A stretch of DNA of 64,000 bases, taken from NCBI RefSeq assembly GCF_009914755.1, contig NC_060943.1; one strand, written 5' to 3'. The number at the start of each line of letters is the position of its first letter. Within the stretch, counting starts at the first letter, position 1. The position numbers were made by a program, and so were the translations under genes. Positions 18,262-40,649 of the stretch are shown here, in pieces. The stretch comes from the human T2T-CHM13v2.0 reference genome, Homo sapiens. A model generated the notes under the pieces. The model was not told the DNA's origin and ran no database searches. It saw nothing but the letters and a program-made list of their open reading frames with translations.

Positions 18262-18795
18262 TGTTTTTTTTGTTTGTTTGTTTGTTTTTTAATTATACTT
18301 TAAGTTTTAGGGTACATGTGCACAATGTGCAGGTTAGTTACATATGTATACATGTGCCATGTTGGTGTGCTGCACCCATTATCTCGTCATTTAACGTTAG
18401 GTATATCTCCTAAAGCTATCCCTCCCCACCCGCCACCCCACAACAGGCCCCGGTGTGTGATGTTCCCCTTCCTGTGTCCATGTGTTCTCATTGTTCAATT
18501 CCCACCTATGAGTGAGAACATGCGGTGTTTGGTTTTTCGTCCTTGCAATAGTTTGCTGAGAATGATGGTTTCCAATTTCATCCATGTCCCTACAAAGGAC
18601 ATGAACTCATCATTTTTTATGGCTGCATAGTATTCCATGGTGTATATGTGCCACATTTTCTTAATCCAGTCTATCATCGTTGGACATTTGGCTTGGTTCC
18701 AAGTGTTTGCTATTGTGAATAGTGCCACAATATAGTTCAACCATTGTGGAAGTCAATGTGGTGATTCCTCAGGGATCTAGAACTAGAAATACCAT
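18262..18795 (-). mobile_element. L1PA 3' end with 5' inversion
   Basis: Minus-strand 3' end 18262-18731 joined to a plus-strand L1 segment 18732-18795. Confidence 0.85.
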
Positions 18796-19419
18796 ATATT
18801 AATCACCTCAGTTAGTTATTATTTCTGTGTGCATGTGTGTGTGCAGTGAAAATACTTAGGATCTACTCTCAGCTAATTTTAAGTGTACAATACAGTATTG
18901 TTACCTATAGCTTTCATTCCATACATTAGCTTTCCAGAATTATTCATTTCGGAGAATTGAAACTTTGTATCCTTTGACCAACATCTTATTTTTCCCATTT
19001 CCAGCCCCTGCTAACCACCATTCTACTCTCAGCTTCTATGAATTTCACTATTTAGATTCCACAATTATGTGAGATTATAAGATATTTATCTATTAAGAGT
19101 TGGATTCATTTCACTTAGCATAATGTCATTTGGGTCCAATCCTGCTATCACAAATGATCTGATTTTCTTCTTTTTCAAGACTGAATAAAACTTTATATTT
19201 ATTATACTATGTTATCTTAATCCATTCCTCCATCAATGGGCATTTATGTCATTTATTTACCTCGGCTATTGTGAATACTGGTGCAGTGAATTCATCAGTG
19301 TGGATATATCTCTTCAAGATCTTGATTTGAGTTCTTTTGGATAATTATCCGGAAGTTGAAATCTGGTGTCTTATAGTTCAATTTTTAACATTTTGAGGAA
19401 ATGTGATACCGTTTCTATA

Positions 19420-20374
19420 ATGGATGGATCGGTTTCTGTTAACTTAAATCAGGGTATTGTCTTTCTCACTCAGACCGCTGCTGGAATCCTTGGAAATTCT
19501 TCACTCCTTTACTTTTTTAGCTTTACTTTTATCACTTCACAGATATTGAGACCCAGAGACCTGATTCTCAGCCAGCTGGTCTTAGCCAACAACCTGGTTC
19601 TTTTCTCTAAACGAATCCCCCAGACAATGGCAGCTTTTGGAATGAAATCCTTCCTGGACGAGGCTGGATGAAACTTGTCTTCTATCTATACACAGAGTGG
19701 CCAGAGGGGTTTCCCTCAGCACCGCCTGTCTCCCCAGTGGCTTCCAGGCCATGAAGCTTCAACCTCAGTATCTCTAGGAGGATGGAACTCCGAATTAGGT
19801 CCACAAAGTGCATTGTTTTCTGCTGCCCCCTCTGCTGGATCTTGCAAATTGTGGCATATACCCATATTGCAATGCATGTAACTGGCCCAATGAAGAGCAA
19901 AAACGTGAGTATGGAATAAATGTATAGGTACTCTCCTCACCCATTCTAGGATGATTGCTATTCTTAGCAAATGCAGTCATTTTCTCCCTTGTGGATGGTA
20001 TGTCTTTGGCCCTCATGGACTACACCAGCAGCTCCATGATCCTCTTCTTATATAGACACAAGCAGACAGTCCAATGCATTCGCAGCCACGGCCTCTCCCC
20101 CTGAAAATCTCATGAAACTAGAGCCACACACACCATCCTCGTCCTGGTGAGCATGTTTGTCTCCTCTCATGGTCTAGCTGGTATTTTATCACTGTGGGTA
20201 ACCTGGATTCAGAACCCAAGCCATTGGCTGAGAAGCATCTCTTTCCTGGTGTCTGCAGGATTCCCGACATTCAGCCCCTTTGGGTTCATTGTCAGTGATG
20301 CCCGCGTCTCACAGTTCTGCACTGTCTGCTGGACAAGGAAGACAAATGCTCCAAGTGTGGTCTCTGGGCTCTAA
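19420..20374 (+). pseudogene. Vomeronasal type-1 receptor (V1R) pseudogene, intronless (probably VN1R105P by position, from memory)
   Basis: GILGNSSLL, LRPRDLILSQLVLAN, IPQTMAAFG, RVARGVSL, LYRHKQTVQCI, ETRATHTILVLV, FPTFSPF are V1R motifs; several stops (e.g. 19669) and frameshifts. Confidence 0.92.
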
Positions 20375-20564
20375 GTTCCCTCTAGACAATTGCGTCCTTT
20401 ATTTAATCACTTCTCCCCACAATATCTGTTGGATCATACATTATGCCAGTTAATACGCAAGGACTTTGGGACTCAGTATTGAATAAAAATGATAATAACC
20501 ATAGCCTCATATTGCTTCTTAGGCTCTCAAAAAATGAACGCAGTGTAAAAATTACCCAGATGTA

Positions 20565-21150
20565 TGTCAGTTCCTCAGAAGATTAAACACAGAATTACCA
20601 TATGACCCGGCAATTTCTGGGAAAATTAAAGCAAGGATTTAAAAGGATGCTCATATACTCATGTTCATAACAGCGTTATTCACATTAACAAAAAAGTAGA
20701 AAAAACCCAAAGATGGATAAATGGATAAACAAATGTTATAGAAACTAGGAAATACTGTTCAGTCTCTCAAAGAAATGAAATTGTGACTGACATACACTAT
20801 AATATGGAGAGCCTTGAAGATATTATGCTAAGTGAAATAAGCCAGTCTCATAAAGGACAAATATTGCAAATATTGCTAAGATTCTATCTATATGAGCTAC
20901 CTGTCAAACTCACAGACTCAGGAAGTAGAATCACGGTTAACAGAGGCTTGGGGGCCTGGAAACTGAGAGTTGGTGTTTACTGAATATAAAGCTTCAATTG
21001 GAAAGATAAAATACTTTGGGGATGGTGATGGCGATGGTTGCATAGCAATGTCAAACCACTTCACAATACTGCACTGTAGAGTTAGAAAGAGTAAATATGG
21101 TAAATTTTATTTCATTTGTTTTTTTTTTTACTATAATTTAAAATGAGAAA
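20565..21150 (+). mobile_element. L1MB-like 3' end
   Basis: LEDIMLSEISQSHKGQ peptide and L1MB-type 3' UTR. Confidence 0.75.
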
Positions 21151-21271
21151 GAGTAGTAAAAACACACAAAAGAGAGGAGCTAACAGATAAAAAGTGCACT
21201 AAGTTAGCCAAGCCAGAGCTTTAAGAACCATTATCACTTCTCTCTCTCTTTCACCCCACAATCAACATTAA

Positions 21272-22413
<1,142 letters not shown>

Positions 22414-22429
22414 TATACACTGCTTTTTC

Positions 22430-23020
22430 TATTTCCATTTTTATTTTAGAATTGGGGGTACATGTGTAGGTTTGTTACCAAGGAATATTGTGTGGCATTG
22501 AGGTTTGGAGTAAGACTGAGCCCCTCACCCAGGTAGGGAGCATGGTACCCAACAGGTAGTTTTTCAGCCCCATCCCCCTCCTCTCCACCCTCAGTGGTCC
22601 CCAGCGTCTACTGTTGCCATCTTTATGGGAAGATGTGTACCTAATATTTAGCTCCCACTTATAAGTGAGAATATGTGGTATTTGGTGTTCAGTTTCTACA
22701 TTAGTTTACGTAAGATAATGGCCTCCAGCTGCATCCATGTTGCTGCAAAGGACATGAGTTCATTCTTTTTTATGGCTGTGTAGTCTTCCATGGTGTATAT
22801 GGACCACATTTTCTTTATTTGGTTCACTGTTGATGGGCAACGAGGTTGATTCCATGTCTTTTCTATTGTCAATAGTGCTGCAATGATCATCCAAGTGTGT
22901 GTGTTCTTGACTAGAATGATTTATTTTCCCTGGATATATACCCAGTAATAGGACTCCTGGGTCAAATGGTAGTTCCATTCCTAGTTATTTGAGATATCCT
23001 CAAACTGCTCTCCACGGCGA
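22430..23020 (-). mobile_element. L1PA/PB 3' fragment
   Basis: ELPFDPGVLLLGIYP and TWNQPRCPS ORF2 peptides. Confidence 0.85.
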
Positions 23021-23595
23021 CTGTTAGTCCTAGCTCTTTGAGAAGCCAAGGTGGGAGGATTGCTTGAGGCCAGGAGTTTGGGGCCATTCGATTCTCTAAC
23101 TACTACCCCTGCTGTATAGAAATGTCATTGATATGGATTTGTTTTTATTTTCTTATAAATCCTAATGGACTTTGAATTTTCTATTTAGAGAATCTTACTA
23201 CCTACAAGTAATGAAAAAATCTCTCTAGCCCTCATATATCTTATTTTTAGTTTTTTACTTTTACTGATATTATTACATCAGTTAGGACACCTCAGTAGAA
23301 AATGGAATAAAAGTGGAAAGACCATTAAGCCTCGTTTTGTTCATATTTTAGTGGAAATTGATCTAAGCTTCATCATTAAATATAATATTTGCTATTGATT
23401 TGTTGCTGGGCATCCTTTAACATGTTTATGATGTTTCATTCTATTCCTAATTCATTAAGATTTTTTAAACCATAAATAAGTGCAGATTATAGTAATATTG
23501 AGCAAATATTTTCTTCTCACCTCCAATGGGCCACCCTCTAGACCCCCTACCCTCACCCTCATCTCCCCTACCTCACCGCGGGTCTCTGTCCTCAG

Positions 23596-23741
23596 ACCCC
23601 TGCTGCAGGGGACCCCTGGAGGTGACATATGCTCAGCTGGACCACCAGGCCTTCACTTGGAGGACAGCCCAGGCTGTGTCCCCAGAGTCCATGGTGCCCA
23701 TGGCTGAGTCTAGCATGTACACAGCCCTCGCCAGGCACTGA
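23596..23741 (+). pseudogene. Orphan LAIR1-like terminal exon with two ITIM-like motifs
   Basis: Pyrimidine tract and ctcag| acceptor; EVTYAQLDHQAFTWRTAQAVSPESMVPMAESSMYTALARH* aligns to the LAIR1 tail EVTYAQLDHWALTQRTARAVSPQSTKPMAESITYAAVARH (recalled). Confidence 0.85.
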
Positions 23742-25279
23742 CTCCGGGACCACTGCCCCCTGCGCCTGAGGAAGTCATGCTTGGAAAAGCCTCAAGAAGC
23801 CATCTGGAGGGCTTCCCCTTGGAATCATCCTGGTCTGCAAAACCAGTCAACTGTTCTGGAGATAAGAGGTAGAGCCCAAAGTTCTCTAGTCAGCATCTAG
23901 AAAGTTCATTAACCAGGTGATTCCTTCCACAACTGACCAGCACCTCAAAGAGGTGGCATTGCAGCTACTTCTAGAAACCCAGCTGCAATCACCTGGCTGT
24001 TTCCAGACACCTAGTTCCAGTCACCTGGTTGTTTCCAGTGATCCAGCTGCTGTCACTTCTCTGTTTCAAGACACCCAGCTCCAGTCTCCTGGCTGTTTGC
24101 TGAGTCTCAGCTATAGCCATCCCAGCTGATTCCATTAACAATGTTGCATCCCCCTGCAGTTTCCAAATGTCTTCTGTAAATCCCCCCAGCTGCCCCAGCA
24201 ATCGTCTACTCAGCTGATCCTGAACATTCTCCTAGAGTTTAGTTGTTGACCTTGAGAATGAGCTATACATATGGATCTGAGAGCTGAGACCAGTCCTCTG
24301 GGTCATGCTTTACTTCATGCACCAATGAATAGTTTAAAGACCTCACATCTGGCAGTCCTGTGTCATGTTCTGGGGTGTATAGATCACTTGGACCCAATCT
24401 CTGCCTTCATGTTGTTCAAGGTTACATGGGGTTAACAAGAGCTACAAAGGAGGTGTCAGTATTTTTTTAAGGATTTCATTGGCAGTGATTGCATATATTC
24501 AAGATGCACAAGGTGATAATTTGATATACATATACATTGTGAAATAATAGCCACGGTCAAATGAATCAGCGCATCCATCACCAGCTACGCTGTACATAAG
24601 ATCCCCTGAACTTGCTCATCTTAGGCCTCCAAGATGGAGCATATGATCAGGGATCAATTAAGGTGTCTGAGCGGATGCATGGATGGGTGAAGACAGAGAG
24701 CTAATCCCACTTATGCACTTACACACATATGCACATGTACTCACACATTCACACATGCACACACATGCACAAACCTGAACGCACTCACACATGTCAGGAG
24801 ACCTCTGAATCCTCTGTGCGCTGGGACTTGGTTGTCTCCACCCCTCTTAGAAAGTTAGATGCTCTCCCTATTCAGATTAAAACGGAAAATTACTTGAGAA
24901 CCACTAGGGGGAGACAGTACCTCATTTGAATTAATTTTTGTGCACATTTAAAATAAACAATAACACACTTACCATGGGCATGCCTTTGGCCGGATTGCAA
25001 AGGTAAACATATATCAAAGCATCTCATGGTACCCAATAAATATATACAATTATTATTTTTCAATTAAAATATCGTAATAAAATAACAGAAAAGAAACCTG
25101 CATACTTGTAACAGAGTGGATTTTTAAATGTCGTTTTATACAAGAAAAAGAATATTTTTTAAAAAACTCAACAATAACTCAATCAGCTTATCCTATGGAG
25201 CAATTACTAGTTGAATACTATGCAAACATCAACACATTCACTAGTCTTACATATGCCCCACAGCTTGTCCTATTTTTTC

Positions 25280-26090
25280 CCCACTTGTGGGGATTTTGAT
25301 AGTTGTTGAGTATGTCTAATCCAATTATACATTCCAGAGCAAGGAATAAAGCCACAGGATGCATTTGGTGGCCAAGAAAATTCAACAGGAGACAAATCTG
25401 AGCTAAAGGTTCATTGACTACCTGACCTCCATAAGCTTCTAATCTGACTGGAGGGTCACCATGATGTTTTGGGTCTTCTGAAGTTAGTGTTAGCTCAGAG
25501 CCAGTGTCTAGTTGCACCCAAAATATCTGATCATTTCCTTTACCCAGTACACAGCTACCATGATAAAGGCCATAGGTCCATTTAAGGGAAGCTGAGATAA
25601 ATATAATTGTTTAACTTTTTATAGTATATACCGGGGCAGCGCCTTCAAGGATACCTGGTCTTCCCTTTAATTCAAGGGGTTCTGGGTCTATAAACTGGTG
25701 AAATTCTAGTAATTGATTAAGAGACTGTAACTGTCTATTTTATGATTTTAATTAGATTCTTGTTCTCTTTGCCAAGAAATGTTCTGCTTATACAAATCAA
25801 GTAAGAATGAAGTAAGTTTCCTATCTATTTCACGTCTTAGAACGCTGCGGTCAACTAGACAACACTAAAGGGCTGCATGAGACAGTCTATTCTGATTACT
25901 GCCTTGATTCTGCTTTCCATTATGATCACCACACCCAGTTCTATGATAACCACACCCAATTCAACACACCAGATTCTCACCTTTGTCGACTGACTTCTGA
26001 CACTTGAGTCCTGCCACTCTAGGATCCAACTACTCCCCTTACATTTAGGTTTCTCGGTTCAGTGGCAGCAGTTCCCACTGGAAGTTCTGG
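25280..26090 (-). mobile_element. ERVL internal fragment (gag/protease)
   Basis: LDTGSELTL...YGGQVVN...ECIIGLDIL...QNPH is the ERV-L protease signature. Confidence 0.85.
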
Positions 26091-26460
26091 CCTCTCCTAA
26101 TACACCCTCTGTCCTTTCCCACCTTGTCTCTGCCCTGGAGGCTGACTCTATGGATTGCATCACCAACATCTTCTTGTGTCTAGTGTCTGGTTGAGTTCAG
26201 CCATGGGAGGCACTGTCAGGAGAGCAGAGGGTGAGAGGAGAGAGAGGCCGGGGAATCTATTCCCACACGTACGCCCTGCCAGGCAATAAACTGTGCTCCT
26301 CTACCCATGACATAAGCTCCCACGAGGCACCTCCCATCTCCCAGCTCAGTCCTCAAGGTGACTTTCCAGAGACCTAGTTACATTCGGCTGTTACTAAAGA
26401 GTCAGCTACAGTCATCTAGCTGTTTCCAGTGACCACCCCCAATCCCCCATAGCTGCCTGC

Positions 26461-26652
26461 CTGTTTGCAGAGACCCAGCTACATGCACCTAGCTGTTTCT
26501 AGAGACCCGGCTACATCCACCTGGCTGTTTCCAGAGACCCGGCTACATCCACCTGGCTGTTTCCAGAGACCCGGCTACATCCACCTGACTGTTTCCAGAG
26601 ACCCGGCTACATCCGCTGGCTGTTTCTAGAGACCCGGCTACATCCACCCAGC
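26461..26652. repeat. Minisatellite, 32-bp unit, about 6 copies (more degenerate copies from about 26360)
   Basis: ctgtttccagagacccggctacatccacctgg repeated at 26461, 26493, 26525, 26557, 26589, 26620. Confidence 0.92.
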
Positions 26653-27199
26653 TGATTTCATTATCACTGACGCAGTCCCCAGCTGCTCCTATGTCTCCTG
26701 GAAATCCCCAATTGCCCCAGAGACTTTGTTGTAATTTTCTGTTCAGCTGACTCTAGGGATCTTCCTGGAGCTTAATTGCTGGCCTTAAGAATGGGCCATA
26801 TTTATGCAACTGAGAGCAGAGCCCAGTTCTCTGGGCCATGCTTTCCTTTGTACATCAACAAATAATCCTAAAGACCTAAAGTCTGGCAATCCCACGCCAG
26901 GTCCTAGGGTGCACAGGTCACCTGCATCCAGTCTTTGCCTTCACAGTTATTCAAAGCTGAGCAGGGAAAAAGGAGAGCCACAGAGAAGTTCAGTGTTTTC
27001 CTTTTTATCTTTTTAAAAAATCCTTTTTTATCCTTAAAATGATTTAATCAACCAAGATTGTATATATTGAGGTGTACAACATGATGATTTGATATACGTA
27101 TACATTGTGTAATGATTGCCACAATCAAATTAGCACACTCAGGACAACCAGTGCCCTAAATAGATCCCCTGGATTTGTACACGTTATGCCTTAAAGTTG

Positions 27200-30240
<3,041 letters not shown>

Positions 30241-30312
30241 CCTCCCTTCTGGCTGCTGTGTGGACTGCGAGCTCTCCTACCCTCCATGGTCTTCCAATCC
30301 CACTGTCCCCAG

Positions 30313-30445
30313 GCCAACTGCTCCCAGACTATGCAGTAGTCTCATGTGCATGGAGCAGTTGCAATTGATCCTGGTGGTGACAGAGGGGTTGGTGTTTCAG
30401 GCATGGCACAGTCAGAGGAGGTCCCAAGGAGAGACCAAGAGGTAA
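30313..30445 (+). pseudogene. Degenerate LILRA-type transmembrane/short-tail exon
   Basis: ccccag| acceptor; PDYAV-[frameshift]-LMCMEQLQLILVVTEGLVFQAWHSQRRSQGETKR* versus LILRA5-type QDYAVENLIRMGMAGLILVVLGILIFQDWHSQRSPQAAAGR* (recalled). Confidence 0.7.
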
Positions 30446-30507
30446 ACTTAAGTAGAGCTGCACCCCTTCCTTGGCATCTGTAGAACCCTGGATAAAATCA
30501 AATACGC

Positions 30508-30935
30508 CAACCCAAATGCCCATCAATGATAGACTGGATAAAGAAAATGTGGCACATATACACCATGGAATACTATGCAGCCACAAAAAAGGATGAGTTC
30601 ATGTCCTTTGCAGGGACACAGATGAAGCTGAAAACCATCATTCTCTGCAAACTAACACGAGAACAGAAAACCAAACATCACGTGTCCTCACTCATAGGTG
30701 GGAGTTGAGCAATGAGAACACATGGACACGAAGAGGGGAAAATCACACACCGGCACCTGTCACGGGCTGGGGGGCTGGGGGAGGGATAGCATTAGAAGAA
30801 ATACCTAATATAGACAACAGGTTGATGGGTGCAGCAAAATACCATGGCACGTGTATACCTATGTAACAAACCTGCACGTTCTGCACATGTATCCCAGAAC
30901 TTGAAGTATAATAATAAAAAAAAAGAAAACGAAAC
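30508..30935 (+). mobile_element. L1PA 3' end
   Basis: MIDWIKKMWHIYTMEYYAA peptide, 3' UTR, A tail. Confidence 0.92.
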
Positions 30936-31534
30936 AATGAAACATGGGTTCTTATGAATCACAGAACACCCGTGACCCCAAGTTAAGATGGAAATTTATG
31001 ATTCATTCCAACTAGGTCCTGTTTTCAGTATCTCACAAAAGCTTGACTCTAGAGTGAAATATACTTGGAAATGAATGAACGACTCTTGTGGTCTTTTTAC
31101 TTCTTGTAAGGCTTTAGGATCCACCCGTTTGAATACCTATGACCAGGACCTCCTGCAATGCTTCTCTCTCCACCTCCAGGCATCCCTTCATTCAGATAAT
31201 ACCAATTCATCATCACCATCTGACCTCTCCTTCAGCTTCTTCACCACCCTCCATCTCAATTGCTTTCTGTTTTTCTTCTTTATTTTTTGAACTTCAACTT
31301 TTATTTTAGATACGAGGATACATGCTCAGGTTTGCTACATGGAACTATTGCACCCAGGTGGTGAGTGCAGGACCCAGTGGGTATTTCTTTTATCCTGTCC
31401 TATTGCGTTAAATCTTTCCTTCCCGGGACTGGTCCTATCTCTAAACTTTTTGCGTAGTGATTTTATCAACTTAATTTTTGCTAGGATGCTAGATTTTCTA
31501 GGAGGGGAGGTAATTTGAAATGAAGTCTGGGTTA

Positions 31535-31985
<451 letters not shown>

Positions 31986-33071
31986 AGCAAAATACAAGAA
32001 GTCCAGGACTGGTAAAGGCAAGGCATGTTGAGCGGTTAGAAAAGGGGTGATGACATCGAAAAACCTCCTGGCATTTCCCAGTCCTTGCCTAGCACAGGTT
32101 ACTCTGAAAGCAGGACTTAAGACAAGGATATGAGCGCAGGTAACTGATTTGGGAACCAAGTTTAAGGGAATAGGGTTCCCTTATGAAAGAGAGAAGGAGA
32201 GGAATTCCTGAAATCAGCATGCATTGCGGACACCACTACAGCAGGTAATATGGACAGGTCCACACCAGGATCTCTGATAATGTGCAGACCATCATCCAGA
32301 ACTTCCCGCCAAAACAGGAGATACTCGCCAATATGTGTATGGCTTTCTAGCCCCCATTTCTGGGAGTTTCTTTTTCCCCAGCCACTGTCAGACGCATCAA
32401 GCTTTGGCTGAAATAGCTTCCAATAAGGTCCTTACACACAAATGTGGAGAGACACATGGAAATCCTCGAAATGAGATACTGTCCCGTGATTCTGAGAGTG
32501 ACCCAAAAGGATACGGAATGAGGTACTAAAAGCAGGTGCTTGGAAACCTGAGGGCAGTGGTGTTCATGCGTTTCCCGGCACTTTGACTTTCAGCCTCCTG
32601 CAAGCCTCTCCTTCTTTGCCTTCCTGACCGTTAGATACAATTAATTTGGGGTTTGTTTTTTCTGCTTCCTCTTTCCCCTCCCACCCTATGTTTCAGTTCT
32701 AAAGTTAGAAGGTCCTCTCATCCTTTTAAGAAGAACAGAGACAGAAAATGGTTAGTCACCATCTAGGACAGACTACAATTCCAGATCATTGCAGGACGTG
32801 CCCACTCAAATGGATGATTATTGAGAGCTGGCCACCTGAAGTGTTTTACACAGGCAGTGATCTAAGGGTTGAAGCTATCTGGCCTTTTTGCTTGCTTGTT
32901 ATGTATTTATGGCTTTTTTCCTTTTCAAAATAATTTTACTAAATATTTAATTCACCAACTATATATATTTATGGGGTACAATGTGTTATAAATGTATACA
33001 CTGTGGAATGATGGAATCAAGACAGTTAACATGTCCATCACTCCGCATACTAACATCTGTGAAAACATTTA

Positions 33072-33458
<387 letters not shown>

Positions 33459-33643
33459 CTACCAGGCTCTGGTGGAGATGGAATGTTTGGCCTCAAGTGG
33501 GCAGGTCCCATGGGACATGAGTAGCCGACCATGACCTGGCTGCGTACTGGCCCACCAAGCATTCGACTGGCGTGCCCAGCCACTCTCCGTCATCGCAGAG
33601 AAGTGCTCTATGTGAGATTTGGTTAAAGGAGTCCCTGAAGGCC

Positions 33644-34130
33644 TGTGGGAGGCAGAATAGTGACCTCCCAGAGATGTCCACCTCCTGAGGCCCAGACCCT
33701 GTGAGTTGGGGAAGCTTATGTGGCAAAAGGGACTTTGCAGATGTGATTAAGTCAAGGATCTTGGGTTGGGGAGATTACCCAGGTGGGCCTGATGTAATCA
33801 CAAGGGGCTGAGTAAGTGAAAGAGGAAGGCAGGAGGGTCAGAGTGAGAGAAGGAGGTGAGTGCATGGAAGCAGGGGGCAGATAACGGGACTGGTGGCTTT
33901 GAGGTTGGAGGGAATGGAGAGGCAGGAATGCGGGAGCCTGCAGAGGCTTGAACAGGCGAGGGAACAGATTCTCCTTGGAGCCTCCAGGAGGACACGGCTC
34001 TGATAGCAGCTTCATTTTAGCCCAGGGAGACCCATTTTGGACTTGTGACCTCCGGGACGGTAAGTCAATAAACCTACATTATGTGAAGCCACTAAGCTTG
34101 TGGTGATTTGTTATGGCAGCAAAAGGAAGC
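33644..34130 (+). mobile_element. MLT1 (MaLR) LTR, MLT1D-like, immediately upstream of LILRB4
   Basis: 'ggcaaaagggactttgcagatgtgattaag' and terminal 'ttgttatggcagc' MLT1 motifs. Confidence 0.8.
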
Positions 34131-34546
34131 TTTATGGTTCATCTGTACCCTGAAAATGCAGGTTTTTGGTTTTTTTTTTTTTTTCACTTGTTCAATGATG
34201 TACCCCCAGTGTCAGGCGCTTTGCAAACACACGATACATACGGGTTGATGTTTGGTCAAGAGAGGAATTAAGACCAGGCAGACAGCAGGCTGGGATCAGA
34301 GAGACCCCATTTCTGTCTGAAATGTCTGCAGAGAACCTGGTGCCTGCCTCAGCCCTAGCTCTGGGGAAATGAAAGCCAGGCTGGGGTTCAAATGAGGGCA
34401 GTTTCCCTTCCTGTGGGCTGCTGATGGAACAACCCCATGACGAGAAGGACCCAGCCTCCAAGCGGCCACACCCTGTGTGTCTCTTTGTCCTGCCGGCACT
34501 GAGGACTCATCCATCTGCACAGCTGGGGCCCCTGGGAGGAGACGCC

Positions 34547-39545
<4,999 letters not shown>

Positions 39546-39730
39546 TCCAGGGGGGACCCAGACCCCACAAGCCATGGAGACTCAGGACCCCAGAAGGCAT
39601 GGAAGCTGCCTCCAGTAGACATCACTGAACCCCAGCCAGCCCAGACCCCTGACACAGACCACTAGAAGATTCCGGGAACGTTGGGAGTCACCTGATTCTG
39701 CAAAGATAAATAATATCCCTGCATTATCAA

Positions 39731-39736
39731 AATAAA
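39731..39736 (+). terminator. LILRB4: LILRB4 proximal polyadenylation signal
   Basis: AATAAA about 185 nt after the stop, at a position homologous to the LILRB1 signal. Confidence 0.7.
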
Positions 39737-40649
39737 GTAGCAGACCTCTCAATTCACAATGAGTTAACTGATAAAACAAAACAGAAGTCAGACAATGTTT
39801 TAAATTGAATGATCATGTAAATATTACACATCAAACCAATGACATGGGAAAATGGGAGCTTCTAATGAGGACAAACAAAAAATAGAGAAAAATTAATAAA
39901 GTCAAAATGTTTATTCTTGAAAACATTAATGATACATGAATCTTGGCCACAATGAGAAAAATAAAAATGAAAAAAGAGCAGGCATCCATTTCCATACAGG
40001 AACAAAATAGGAGGCAGCACTACAGACCCTACACACAGCTTTACAGAGGTGAAAGAAAACTGTCAGCAATTCTATGCTGACATAACAGAAAATGTAGATG
40101 AGATAGATGAAATACGAAAAATTACAGTTTACTTAATGAACATAAGGATAAATAGAAAAACTGAATCATCATACATAAACATATATAAAATGCATTGATC
40201 CTGTAATCAAAAATGTTCCCACAAAGTAAATGCCACTTCAGCAAGGTTTGTTGGTGGTTTTTTCAAACTCTTATGCACTCATGAAACACACAGACACACA
40301 CACACACAAACTTGCATAAATTTTCCCTGAGAATATTTTGTATATATTTACACAAATACATTTGATCAGACTAGGAACAAGTTGATACCAAAACCTGAAA
40401 AGGAAACTACAGAATGGGAAAGTCATAGAAGATCTCTCACAGAAATATAAATCCCTTAACAAATATTAACAAGTAAGATTCATGTCTCTATAAAATAGAC
40501 AGTATATCATGACCACACTGGTTTTTTGTTATCCTTTGATTTTGTTTATGAAAAGCAAGGATAGCTTAATTTTCAAAAACTCAATCAATGTAATTCAGTA
40601 TTTTAACAAAAGGAATGAAAAATTATCATCTCAATAGACAAAGCTTTTG

